Counted from the stretch's first letter, positions 19,745 through 28,580 are shown. The stretch: DNA of 64,000 nucleotides from an uncultured archaeon (GCA_964389465.1 CAYMDK010000001.1:188316-252315); one strand, 5' to 3'. The notes: a model not told the origin generated them from the letters alone. Made by a program: numbers and translations.

Positions 19745-20095
19745 CGCGCTGGGATATTCTTGTCCGAAGGGATGAGGTAACCCGCAAGGCGAGGGACCGA
19801 CCGGAAAAACCGGCGGAAGCCAAGGACCGAAGCCGCAAGGCGGAGGGCCGGGGCGGAAGCTGGGGGAACTGGCCGGACGCCGACCGGAAACTCCGGAAGA
19901 AGCCGGGGGTGGAGGCCGCAAGGCCAAGACCCAAGGCGGGGGACGGAGGGACCGGAAGGCAACAGGGACCGGGGAGCCCCGCAAGGGGAAACCCGGCGCC
20001 CGAACCCGGGCCCCGGCAGCCACGACCCCGCGAGGGGGAGCGGCCGTTCGGGACCCAACCCTTCTGGACAAAGCCGGTGTTGAGCCGGCCCCATA
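19745..20095 (+). ncRNA. candidate highly structured, T-depleted non-coding RNA (family not assigned)
   Basis: A 477 nt gap between divergent and convergent genes with no credible ORF. Only 4 T occur in 19781-20040. There are multiple C-GNRA-G hairpins, and a 12-13 bp long-range pairing between 19759-19771 and 20059-20073. TATA-like boxes lie upstream and TTTT lies at 20115-20118. Confidence 0.45.
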
Positions 20096-20109
20096 AAACT
20101 GTAACTGAC

Positions 20110-20532
20110 TCAGCTTTTGCTTTCGAGTTTCTGGATAGCGCTGCGCAGCTCGTCGCTGAGCGGGACGCTGCGGCCGGTCCCGTAGTTCACCATCACCACC
20201 ACCGAGTCGCCCTCCACCGCGAGCCTGTCGTGTGCTTCCGAGTGGAGGCGGTACGCCATGCGGTATGACGAATTCCCGAGCTCCGTGACGGTCGCTTCGC
20301 AGCGGACCGTGTCGGGAAACTTGACCGCAAGGCGATAGTCAATTTCCATGCGTGCCAGAATCGGGCCAACACCGTCCGGAGTCACGAACTCCTGCTGGAT
20401 TTTCCGGAAGTAGGCGATGCGCGCCGACTCGAACCATGTCAGGTAGACCGCGTTGTTGACGTGCCCGAAGCTGTCCATGTCGCCCCAGTGGACCGGGAAT
20501 TCCACGCTGACCGGCCAGCTGCCGAACGCCAT
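20110..20532 (-). CDS. acyl-CoA thioesterase, 4HBT/YbgC-like hotdog fold
   Basis: VEFPVHWGDMDSFGHVNNAVYLTWFESARIAYF is the classic 4HBT N-terminus. I set the start at MAFGSW (20532) to avoid a divergent overlap. Confidence 0.75.
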   Translation of the reverse strand: MAFGSWPVSVEFPVHWGDMDSFGHVNNAVYLTWFESARIAYFRKIQQEFVTPDGVGPILARMEIDYRLAVKFPDTVRCEATVTELGNSSYRMAYRLHSEAHDRLAVEGDSVVVMVNYGTGRSVPLSDELRSAIQKLESKS

Positions 20533-20581
20533 GCGGGGCCACCCGCCGAACCGTATTAAGCCGCGCCGGCATGGCCGCAGC

Positions 20582-20983
20582 ATGAGTGCCGCGACCGCCC
20601 GCAAGGCCGCGCTCGCCTACTGGGGCTTCGCCCCCAAAGCGGCTGCGCGCGCGTCGAAGGGAGTCGACCTGCAGGTGCACGGCGAGTGCGGGACCGCCGG
20701 CCTTGACGAGGCGGCCGCGCCGCTGAAGCGCTTCGCGGCGCTGGTTGCCCGTGAATGGCCCGAACATATTGGTGCGGTCGGCGGCCACGGCCGCCTGCCG
20801 CTGCCGCTGCTGGAGCGGCTGGCTGGCCTCGCGAAGGGCACCGACGAGAAGCCCGGGGCATCCTCGCCCGAGGAGGCCGAGGCGTGGGCACGGCATCTCG
20901 TGGACGCCGAACGCAAATGTTTCCTGGCGGTATCCGAGCACCGCGGCGCGCGGCGGGTGCTGCTGCTCCACCTCGGCGTGTGA
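20582..20983 (+). CDS. hypothetical protein
   Basis: 133 aa from the ATG at 20582. It is co-oriented with and 30 nt upstream of the adenosyltransferase gene. I recognise no motif. Confidence 0.4.
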   Translation: MSAATARKAALAYWGFAPKAAARASKGVDLQVHGECGTAGLDEAAAPLKRFAALVAREWPEHIGAVGGHGRLPLPLLERLAGLAKGTDEKPGASSPEEAEAWARHLVDAERKCFLAVSEHRGARRVLLLHLGV

Positions 20984-21013
20984 AGATTAATTAGCGCCAG
21001 CCGCTGCGCACGC

Positions 21014-21514
21014 GTGAAAATATACACTCGCCGCGGCGACGACGGCTCGACCGCCCTCGGGAGCGGTGCGCGCGTCAGCAAGGATTCGCCACTGCCGGAG
21101 GCGTACGGCGCAGTGGACGAAGCACAGGCGGTGCTGGGGCTGGTGCGCGCCGAATCGGAGGGCGAGCTGGCGGAGCTGGTCGAGCAGCTCGAGCGCGACC
21201 TGTGGCGGGTGATGGGCGAGCTGGCGGGCGCCGCGCGCGGCGACGGCGTCACGCGCGAAATGGTCGCGGGGCTCGAGGCGCGGATTGACTCGCTCACCGA
21301 CCGTTTCGAGCTGCCGCAGGAATTCGTCGTCCCGGGCGAGAACCGGGTGGCGGCGCTGCTCGACCATGCGCGTACCGTTGTGCGGCGAGCCGAACGGCGC
21401 GCGCTGGCGGCTGGCGTTGGGGGCGACGCGCTGGCGTACCTGAATCGCCTTTCGGATTTGCTGTGGGTGATGGCGCGCTGGCAGGCGGGCGAGGCGCTGC
21501 CGTCGCGCGACTGA
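21014..21514 (+). CDS. ATP:cob(I)alamin adenosyltransferase, PduO type
   Basis: 166 aa. MKIYTRRGDDGSTAL...AYGAVDEA is the signature N-terminus. Confidence 0.85.
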   Translation: MKIYTRRGDDGSTALGSGARVSKDSPLPEAYGAVDEAQAVLGLVRAESEGELAELVEQLERDLWRVMGELAGAARGDGVTREMVAGLEARIDSLTDRFELPQEFVVPGENRVAALLDHARTVVRRAERRALAAGVGGDALAYLNRLSDLLWVMARWQAGEALPSRD

Positions 21515-22194
21515 TGCAGCTTCCCGACGGGCTGGCGAAGCACCTGCGTGAGCAGCTGGAGGACCAGTGGGGCAGCGAGGACGCCCGCATCGCGCGCGGA
21601 AACGCGCTCGGCTTCGGCGTGCTGGGCGAGCGGCGCGCCCGCGATGATGAACTGCGCCGCAGCCTTGAGCTGCCGGCGGCCGCCAGCGGTGGCATCCTGG
21701 GCGCGCGTGAGGAGGAAGCGCGCGGTGCTGTTTGCGTCCTGCTGCGCCTCTCCCCCCGGGAGAACCTGCGTGAAGCGCGCGAATTGCTGGAGCAGGTGCT
21801 GGCGAAGGCGATGCCCGACCTGCCGGACGACCTCGACGGCGACGTGGCGACCGAGCCGTTGCGGCTGGCGCGTCAGGCGCGCGCCGGCCTATCGGAAGTT
21901 GCGTTCCTTGCCGGGGAGTATGGCCGTTGCCGCAATGAGGCGGAACTGGCGCGCGAGTTGATTCCGGCCTACCTGCTCTACCAACCGCATCGCAAGGGTT
22001 ACCCGCATGAACTGATGGCGCGCGGGATGGCCGAGGAGGACGCCGAGCAGGTTTCGCGCGGGACGGTGATGCAGGAGGAGTTCCTCCAGTACGCGCTTGA
22101 CGTGGGCTACCTGCGGCCGTGGGAGGACACCTACCTCGTGGCGTACACGCTCGCGCGCGCCGGAAGGCGCTGGCTCGACGAACGCGGCGGCTGA
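21514..22194 (+). CDS. hypothetical protein
   Basis: 226 aa. Its ATG overlaps the upstream stop (TGATG). I recognise no motif. Confidence 0.5.
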   Translation: MQLPDGLAKHLREQLEDQWGSEDARIARGNALGFGVLGERRARDDELRRSLELPAAASGGILGAREEEARGAVCVLLRLSPRENLREARELLEQVLAKAMPDLPDDLDGDVATEPLRLARQARAGLSEVAFLAGEYGRCRNEAELARELIPAYLLYQPHRKGYPHELMARGMAEEDAEQVSRGTVMQEEFLQYALDVGYLRPWEDTYLVAYTLARAGRRWLDERGG

Positions 22195-22258
22195 ACCCCG
22201 GTCTGTTTCTGAAGCACCCTTAAGTAGATGGCCGGAACGCTGGCGGTCGAGGTAACCT

Positions 22259-25200
22259 ATGTACTCTAACAAGCTGGCAGCTTGGGCTATCCTGGCTGCA
22301 TTCCTGCTAAGCTTCATACCTACTGCAACTGCTGGCGGCGAATACGACGAGTGGTTCTGGTCTATAACTGGCGACACCACCGATGAGGATGGTGACGGCT
22401 ACAACGACACCGCCACGATCGGCTACGACCCCGATACCACCTGTGAATGTGATGTTGACATCTACGTCTACATCACCGTATATGACAGCGATACCGGTGA
22501 CGAGGTGGATTCCGGCAGCTTCGAGTATACAATCTACGATGAAGAGGGCGACTGGTTCGAGGAGGACTGGACTCCCGACTACAACGGCACCTTCGACTTC
22601 AATGTCACGCTCTACGATGACGAGGGGTACTTCGAGGACTACGCCGACTGGTACGATGTTGAGCTGTGGGCAATGACGGGTTCAACGGACGAGACAATCA
22701 ACGTCGAGAACGGCGTCTTCGACGAGGACGAGGACCAGATAATGAACGACCTTGGCTTCTACGCACATGTCAAGGATGACGACGAGGAAGATGTCAACAT
22801 CACCGTCTGGAAGAAGAACATCCTAGGAATCTGGACCTTCTTCAACAACGGCACCACCGACGAGGGGGGTGACTTGACCTTCAAGAACGTCACCAGCGGC
22901 GAATACATGTGGGACGCTTCAGTCAGTGGCGAGAAGCTGGCGGGTGAGGGCGGCTACGCGGTCGTCGATGACACCTATACCATTGGCCATGTCGGCACAA
23001 TCGAGGATTGGGACGGAGCCAACGACTGGGACGACTTCATGGCATTCGTACCGGAGGGCAATGGCACCAAGGATGACGCGTACGTTGAAGTATTCGACGA
23101 AAACGGCACCATGGTCGACAACGGCACCACCGATGACGAGAGCTGGGGCGACACCCACTTCTTCATCTCCGACGACCTTGCGCAGGGTAACTACACCCAC
23201 TACATCTACGAGGAACAGGGCGGCGACCTGTTGCAGAACGGCAGCTTCTACTCCTACGGCAGTACCAGCACAAACTACGACGAGTGGTTCGAGGACTGGG
23301 ACTACGAAACCGAAGATACGAACGACGATTTCGAAGACGACACCATCAACATCTCCTTCGACCCCGATACCGAGTGCGATTGTGAAGTCGACATCAACGT
23401 CATGATTGAAGTTTTCGAGAATGAGACTGGCGACGGGGTCGACTGGGTCTTCGGCGAGTTCACGATAAACGGGACCGCCGACGACTGGTTCAGCATGAAC
23501 TGGACCGCGACCGACAACGGCAGCTACGACTTCAACGTCACCCTCTTTGACGAAGACTGGAACTTCGAGGACCAGTTCCGGATTGAGGACGTCTACCTCA
23601 CCAACGGCGGTGGCGGAGGCGGTGGCCAGGGTGACGAGGACGAGTGGTTCTCCGAATGGGATTACGATACCGAGGACACCAACGATGACGACGAGGACGA
23701 CACAATCATAATCGGCTACGACCCCGACACCACCTGTGACTGCTACGTCAACATCACAGTCTACGTCGACGTCTACGACAACGAGACTGGTGACTGGGTT
23801 GACTATACCTATGCCGAGCACACGATTTACGATGAGGAGGGCGACTGGTTCGAGCAGGACTGGACCGCCACCGACAACGGCAGCTACGACTTCTTTGTCG
23901 ACATGTATGATGAGGACTGGAATTCCGAAGACGACTTCTGGATTTACAATGTATCCCTCACCTCCGGCAGCGGCGGTAACGGTACTGGAGATGAGGATGA
24001 GTGGTTCTGGAGCTGGGACTACGACACCGAAGATGACAACGGCGATGGCGAGGACGACACCATCATAATCGGCTACGACCCCGACACCACCTGTGATTGC
24101 GAGGTCGACATCACGGTCTTCGTCGACGTCTACGATAACGAGACCGGCGACTGGGTTGACGGAATCGACGCCGAGCACACGATTTACGACGGGGAGAGCG
24201 ACTGGTTCGAGCAGGACTGGACTGCCTACGAGAATGGTAGCTATGACTTCAACGCCGTAATGTATGATGAGGACTGGAATTTCGAAGACGAATTCTGGAT
24301 CTATGATGTATACCTAACCTCTGATGGTGGCGGCGGCGGAGGCAATGGAACTGGTGATGACAATGGTGTTGGACATGTAGGTTTCATCGATGATTGGGAT
24401 GAAGATGACTATGTCAATGATTACATTGGTGGAGTTTTAGAAGATGATGAATTTAAGGAAGATGCCTACTTCGAAATTTACGACGAGGACAACAATCTAG
24501 TAGATAGCGGCAATCCAAATTACTACGGCATGCTTTTTGTCTCTTCTAATTTGACTGAAGGATGGTATTACCAAGATGTTTATTATGAAGAGGACGATGC
24601 CCTGCTTCAGACAGGACCTTTCTATTCGTACGGAGATTCAAGTAACCCAGAAACGTCCGATATCGTTAATGTGGACAACGCAGTAGTTGATGATGATGAT
24701 GATGATGAGTATGCAGTCTATGATGATGTAGGATTTATTGCTCACCGAGGTAGTTTTTCAACCGGAGAGGAAGGAGTCGGAATTGAAATTTACAAGTATA
24801 ACGAAGAATCTGGTGACTGGGAATATCACGCTTACTTGGAAACCAATGAGACAGGTGAGGCTTGGCTCTACAACGAGACCTGTGGTGAATACGAATGGAA
24901 TGCCTCAGCAGAGAACGAAGATGGATACTACCAAGTCTGGGCCGGATGTGATGACACAGGTGGTGGTGGAGACGAGGATGAGTGGTTCTACGACTGGGAC
25001 TACGAAACTGAAGACATGAGATTCGTGGTCGGCTATGACCCCGATACCACCTGTGATTGCGAAGTCGACATCACGGTCTACATCGACGTCTTCGACAACG
25101 AGACCGGTGACTACGTTGATTCTCTCTACGACGATCATACCATTTACAACGAAGAAGAAGACTGGTTCGAGCAGGACTGGACCTATTACGAGGGCACCTA

Positions 25201-26404
25201 TGATTTCAATGTTTATTTGTACGACCAGGAATACGGACACGAAGAAGACAACTTCTGGATCTACGGCGTCGAGCTAACTGAGGCGGAACAGAACGCGCCC
25301 CCCGTCATCGACGCGCTCAACGTTGCCGACGGTGACGAAGGCGAGGAGCTATCGCTCAGCGTTGACGCGCAGGATGACGATGACGACGACCTGACCTACA
25401 GTTGGGACTTCGGCGACGGCGAGACTGCCAGCGGCGAATCCGTGAAACACACCTGGGCTGACGACGGCGACTACACCGTGACAGTCACAGTAAGCGACGG
25501 CGAGGAGGAGACGAGCGAAAGCGCGACCGTCTCGGTCGCCAACGTTGCACCGACGCTATCGGTCACTGGCCCTGCCTCTGGCAGCGAGGCGCAGTCGCGT
25601 TCTTTTGAAGCCGACACGAGCGACGTCGAGGCCGACACCATCAGCGTGGCGTGGGACTTCGGTGACGGCGAGACCGCCAGCGGTGAAGACGTGACCCACA
25701 CCTGGGCTGACGACGGCACCTACACAATCACGGCCACTGCCTCCGACGAGGATGGTGGCGAGACGACCGAGACGTTCGACATCACTATCGCCAACCGCGC
25801 GCCGACGCTCGAGCTCTCCGCATCGTCAACCAGCGGCGATGAAGGCGACTCGTTCGCGTTCAGCGCTGTCACGAGCGACGTCACGGACGACACCGTCAGC
25901 GTGGCGTGGGACTTCGGCGACGGCCAGACCGCAAGTGGCCTGGCGGTGACGCATACCTTTACTGACGACGGCACCTTCGTGGTTGAGGTAATCGCCTCCG
26001 ACGAGGATGGCGGCGTCACGAGCAAGAAGCTCTACATCGATATTGACAACGTCGCGCCATCGCTGACCAACCTTCAGCTCCCCTCAAGCGTCAAGCAGGG
26101 TGAGCCCATTACGGTCAGTATCGAGGCGACCGACCCGGGCGATGATGTAATATCCATCACCTGGAACATGGGTGACGGTACCACCTACACCGGCGGGACC
26201 GTGACCCACACCTACGACAAGGCTGGCACCTACACCGTCACGGTCTGCGCGACCGATGACGATGACGGTCAGGAGTGCCAACAGGCGACCATCCCCATCG
26301 AGCTGCTTGAGCAACTCGAGGAAGAGGGCGGGCTGTTGCCCGGCTTCGGGCTGGTTGGCGCGCTGGCGATGCTTGGATTGCTTGCCGCGGTCCGCCGCCG
26401 GTAG
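22259..26404 (+). CDS. hyper-acidic secreted repeat protein with four PKD domains and a PGF-CTERM archaeal sorting signal
   Basis: Signal peptide (AILAAFLLSFIPTATAGG). Five roughly 119 aa 'GYDPDTTCDC' modules. Four PKD units (WDFGDGETASG...HTWADDGTYT). C-terminus LLPGFGLVGALAMLGLLAAVRRR. Confidence 0.85.
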   Translation: MYSNKLAAWAILAAFLLSFIPTATAGGEYDEWFWSITGDTTDEDGDGYNDTATIGYDPDTTCECDVDIYVYITVYDSDTGDEVDSGSFEYTIYDEEGDWFEEDWTPDYNGTFDFNVTLYDDEGYFEDYADWYDVELWAMTGSTDETINVENGVFDEDEDQIMNDLGFYAHVKDDDEEDVNITVWKKNILGIWTFFNNGTTDEGGDLTFKNVTSGEYMWDASVSGEKLAGEGGYAVVDDTYTIGHVGTIEDWDGANDWDDFMAFVPEGNGTKDDAYVEVFDENGTMVDNGTTDDESWGDTHFFISDDLAQGNYTHYIYEEQGGDLLQNGSFYSYGSTSTNYDEWFEDWDYETEDTNDDFEDDTINISFDPDTECDCEVDINVMIEVFENETGDGVDWVFGEFTINGTADDWFSMNWTATDNGSYDFNVTLFDEDWNFEDQFRIEDVYLTNGGGGGGGQGDEDEWFSEWDYDTEDTNDDDEDDTIIIGYDPDTTCDCYVNITVYVDVYDNETGDWVDYTYAEHTIYDEEGDWFEQDWTATDNGSYDFFVDMYDEDWNSEDDFWIYNVSLTSGSGGNGTGDEDEWFWSWDYDTEDDNGDGEDDTIIIGYDPDTTCDCEVDITVFVDVYDNETGDWVDGIDAEHTIYDGESDWFEQDWTAYENGSYDFNAVMYDEDWNFEDEFWIYDVYLTSDGGGGGGNGTGDDNGVGHVGFIDDWDEDDYVNDYIGGVLEDDEFKEDAYFEIYDEDNNLVDSGNPNYYGMLFVSSNLTEGWYYQDVYYEEDDALLQTGPFYSYGDSSNPETSDIVNVDNAVVDDDDDDEYAVYDDVGFIAHRGSFSTGEEGVGIEIYKYNEESGDWEYHAYLETNETGEAWLYNETCGEYEWNASAENEDGYYQVWAGCDDTGGGGDEDEWFYDWDYETEDMRFVVGYDPDTTCDCEVDITVYIDVFDNETGDYVDSLYDDHTIYNEEEDWFEQDWTYYEGTYDFNVYLYDQEYGHEEDNFWIYGVELTEAEQNAPPVIDALNVADGDEGEELSLSVDAQDDDDDDLTYSWDFGDGETASGESVKHTWADDGDYTVTVTVSDGEEETSESATVSVANVAPTLSVTGPASGSEAQSRSFEADTSDVEADTISVAWDFGDGETASGEDVTHTWADDGTYTITATASDEDGGETTETFDITIANRAPTLELSASSTSGDEGDSFAFSAVTSDVTDDTVSVAWDFGDGQTASGLAVTHTFTDDGTFVVEVIASDEDGGVTSKKLYIDIDNVAPSLTNLQLPSSVKQGEPITVSIEATDPGDDVISITWNMGDGTTYTGGTVTHTYDKAGTYTVTVCATDDDDGQECQQATIPIELLEQLEEEGGLLPGFGLVGALAMLGLLAAVRRR
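22400..25270 (+). repeat. intragenic coding repeats (five copies of a roughly 357 nt module; copies 3 and 4 are in direct tandem)
   Basis: The near-identical DNA core ggctacgaccccgayaccacctgtga occurs at 22421, 23714, 24071 and 25031, with a diverged copy at about 23357. The spacing 23714 to 24071 is 357 nt. Confidence 0.8.
25391..26265 (+). repeat. four tandem PKD-domain coding repeats
   Basis: Repeated (Y/V/I)(S/A/T)W(D/N)(F/M)GDG(E/Q/T)T(A/Y)(S/T)G...V(K/T)HT(W/F/Y)..(D/A)GT(Y/F)(T/V)(V/I) units. Confidence 0.75.
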
Positions 26405-26484
26405 GCTCCCCGTCGCCGTGCGGGCGACCCCGCATGGCCGCCTGCCGGCGCAGTCTTCATAACTGCGCCAGCGGCTGCCCCAAT

Positions 26485-27123
26485 ATGCTCGCGCGACTGC
26501 CGACCGGGTGCCCCAGCCTTGATGAACTGCTTGGCGGCGGTGTCGAAGCGGGCGCGCTGACGCTGGCCTACGGCGAGCCGGGGAGCGGCAAGACCAGCTT
26601 CGCGCTGCAGCTCTCGCGCGAAGTGCTCGCTGCCGGCGGCGAGAGCGTGCTGTTCATCGACACCGAAGGGCTCTCGGCCGAGCGGCTGGAGCAGGTGTGC
26701 GGCGGCGAGTCGCCCGACGGGCTGTCCATCGCCGCGCCGCTCGACCAGGCCGAGCTGCTCGACCTGCTCAAGGCCCTGAAGGAGCTGCCGGCGCTGCTGG
26801 TCATCGACACGGTCAACGCGCACGCGCGGCTCGAATATGCGCTCGACAAGGAGAAGTGCGAGCAGGCTTTCACGCGCATGGTGATTGACCTGCACAACCT
26901 CGCGACCGAGCAGGGGCTGCCGGTCCTGCTGACGGGACAAATCTACGAGCGCGACGGCGAAGTCGGCCCCTACTACGGCAAGTCGCTGGTCCACATGGCC
27001 AAGACGCTGCTGCACCTCGAGAAGGCACACGCACCCGGGCTGAGGCACGCCCGCCTCAGGAAGCACCGCTCGCTCCCCGAAGGCGTCGCTGATTTCCTGC
27101 TCACCGGCAACGGGCTCGAGTAG
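26485..27123 (+). CDS. radB: RecA-superfamily DNA repair protein RadB
   Basis: 212 aa from MLARLPTGCPSLDELLGGG, with Walker A GEPGSGKTSF. It is short and has no N-terminal HhH domain. Confidence 0.8.
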   Translation: MLARLPTGCPSLDELLGGGVEAGALTLAYGEPGSGKTSFALQLSREVLAAGGESVLFIDTEGLSAERLEQVCGGESPDGLSIAAPLDQAELLDLLKALKELPALLVIDTVNAHARLEYALDKEKCEQAFTRMVIDLHNLATEQGLPVLLTGQIYERDGEVGPYYGKSLVHMAKTLLHLEKAHAPGLRHARLRKHRSLPEGVADFLLTGNGLE

Positions 27124-28506
27124 TTAGCGCCGACGCCGTGCAGCGACAGCCAGCGCGCCGAGCGCGACTGGCAGGCCGGGGCCGGGCAGCTCCTCGAGCT
27201 TCTGCTGCCACGCCGGCTTTCCGTCGCTGGCGTTGCCGTCGGGGCCGGTCGTGTTGTCGCCGTTATCGTCGCCGTCGCCCGGCTCGGACGGCGGCGTCTT
27301 CGAAATCCAGAACTGGTCGGCGACCACGCCGTCGGAGTTGCGGACGAAGCTGAAGTGCAGCTCGCCGTCCGGCGTGATTTCGAAGACCGAGTAGCCGTAG
27401 GACGCCTCGCGGTAGGCCGACCATGCCGGCCGCGGCTCCTCGAACTCGTCGTAGAGCGAGCGGCCGCCGGTGCCGACGACGACGTGAATCGGCGCGCCGG
27501 GGTTGCGGTAGGGCTCCGCGGCGCTCGAGGTCGAGTTGGAGAGTAGCTCTTCCCGGAAGACGGGGTAGCTGCGCTCGTAGCTGTGGTCGTGTCCCCAGAC
27601 GGCGAGGTCGACGCCGTAGTCGTAGAGCAGTTGCTCCATCGCGTCGCGGAAATCCACTTCGCTGCCGTGCGCCGAGTTGGAGCTGTACATTGGCCGGTGC
27701 GCGAACACTACCACCCACGGAGTCGCGGCGCGGTCAACCGCCTGCAATTCGCGCTCGAGCCAGCTGTGCTGCTGGCTGCCGGGCTCGTAGTCGTGCTCCG
27801 ACGATAGAGATATAAAGCGAATCCCCTCGAAACTGAAGCCGTACCAGAACGGGTTGGCGCCGGTGGTGTGGAACCGCGTCTCGTAGGCGTCGAATTCGTA
27901 GTACGCCTCGTCCTCGTGGTTGCCAGGGGCGTACATGTGCGGCACATGGGCCGCCAGCGGCTGAATCTGGTTCTGGTAGTCGTCCCAGACCGTCTGGTCT
28001 GCCACCCCGCCGGAGCCCTGGCTATTGGCGTAGGACATGTCGCCAGCGTGGATGACCAGGTCGAGGCCCGCGGCGCGCATTTTCTGCGTCGTCGCCCCCG
28101 AGTCGCTGGAGGTACCATGGTCAGCGATGGCGCCGATGCGCACTGGTCGGTCGCCTTGCGGGGGCGTCATGAAGCTGAAGGTATCGCTCCACTCGCCGTC
28201 TCCGCCGACGCGGTAGTGGTAGGTGGTGTTTGCGGCAAGGCCGTCGAGTTCGACGGTGTGGACGCAGGTGGTCCAGTCGTACATCTCCCACGAGCCGCTT
28301 GCGGAGAGGTTGAGGCCATCCGGGTCGGGGCCATATTCGACGTCGCTGGCCGACGAGCAGAGCGTCGTCGTCAGCTCGGCCGTGCCCCACTGCACGACTA
28401 TCCCGTCACCCCCGGTGTTCATGGCAAGGTGGAGCTGCTCGGGCGGCTCGCCCGCCGCGGCTGGCGCCAGCCAGAGCAGGAACACGGCGAGGAGTAACCA
28501 GCGCAT
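27124..28506 (-). CDS. secreted purple-acid-phosphatase-like metallophosphoesterase with a PGF-CTERM-like tail
   Basis: Signal peptide. Metallophosphatase motifs (GDMSY, GNHE, VFAHRP, GHDHSYER). C-terminus LPGPGLPVALGALAVAARRRR. Confidence 0.8.
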   Translation of the reverse strand: MRWLLLAVFLLWLAPAAAGEPPEQLHLAMNTGGDGIVVQWGTAELTTTLCSSASDVEYGPDPDGLNLSASGSWEMYDWTTCVHTVELDGLAANTTYHYRVGGDGEWSDTFSFMTPPQGDRPVRIGAIADHGTSSDSGATTQKMRAAGLDLVIHAGDMSYANSQGSGGVADQTVWDDYQNQIQPLAAHVPHMYAPGNHEDEAYYEFDAYETRFHTTGANPFWYGFSFEGIRFISLSSEHDYEPGSQQHSWLERELQAVDRAATPWVVVFAHRPMYSSNSAHGSEVDFRDAMEQLLYDYGVDLAVWGHDHSYERSYPVFREELLSNSTSSAAEPYRNPGAPIHVVVGTGGRSLYDEFEEPRPAWSAYREASYGYSVFEITPDGELHFSFVRNSDGVVADQFWISKTPPSEPGDGDDNGDNTTGPDGNASDGKPAWQQKLEELPGPGLPVALGALAVAARRRR

Positions 28507-28580
28507 CGCACCCCACCTACCGCGGGCGCAAATACGGTTTCCCGCGTCAAGCCCTTTATCGCCGGGCCAATGGCGGGAGC

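Noticed and set aside
19745-20095. Assigning the structured element to SRP (7S) RNA or RNase P RNA.
   Set aside because: There is an 'AGG...CC-GGAA-GG...AACA' stretch (about 19946-19966) resembling SRP helix 8, and a GAGGUAACCC resembling RNase P CR-I. However, flanking pairings and invariant positions (AGCA; ACAGAA...GGCUUA) do not fit by hand. I leave it unassigned rather than naming a family.
19694-20268. ORFs 19708..20268 (+), 19694..20071 (-) and 19690..20094 (-) across the T-depleted element.
   Set aside because: Their translations are Pro/Arg/Gly low-complexity runs. The plus-strand ORF runs antisense into the thioesterase gene. The compositional skew and the hairpins are better explained by an RNA or DNA structural element.
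22400-26265. Tandem DNA repeats considered as a possible CRISPR array or satellite.
   Set aside because: The repeats are 357 nt protein-coding modules and PKD domains, all in one continuous ORF. They do not have the short direct repeats with unique spacers that define a CRISPR array.
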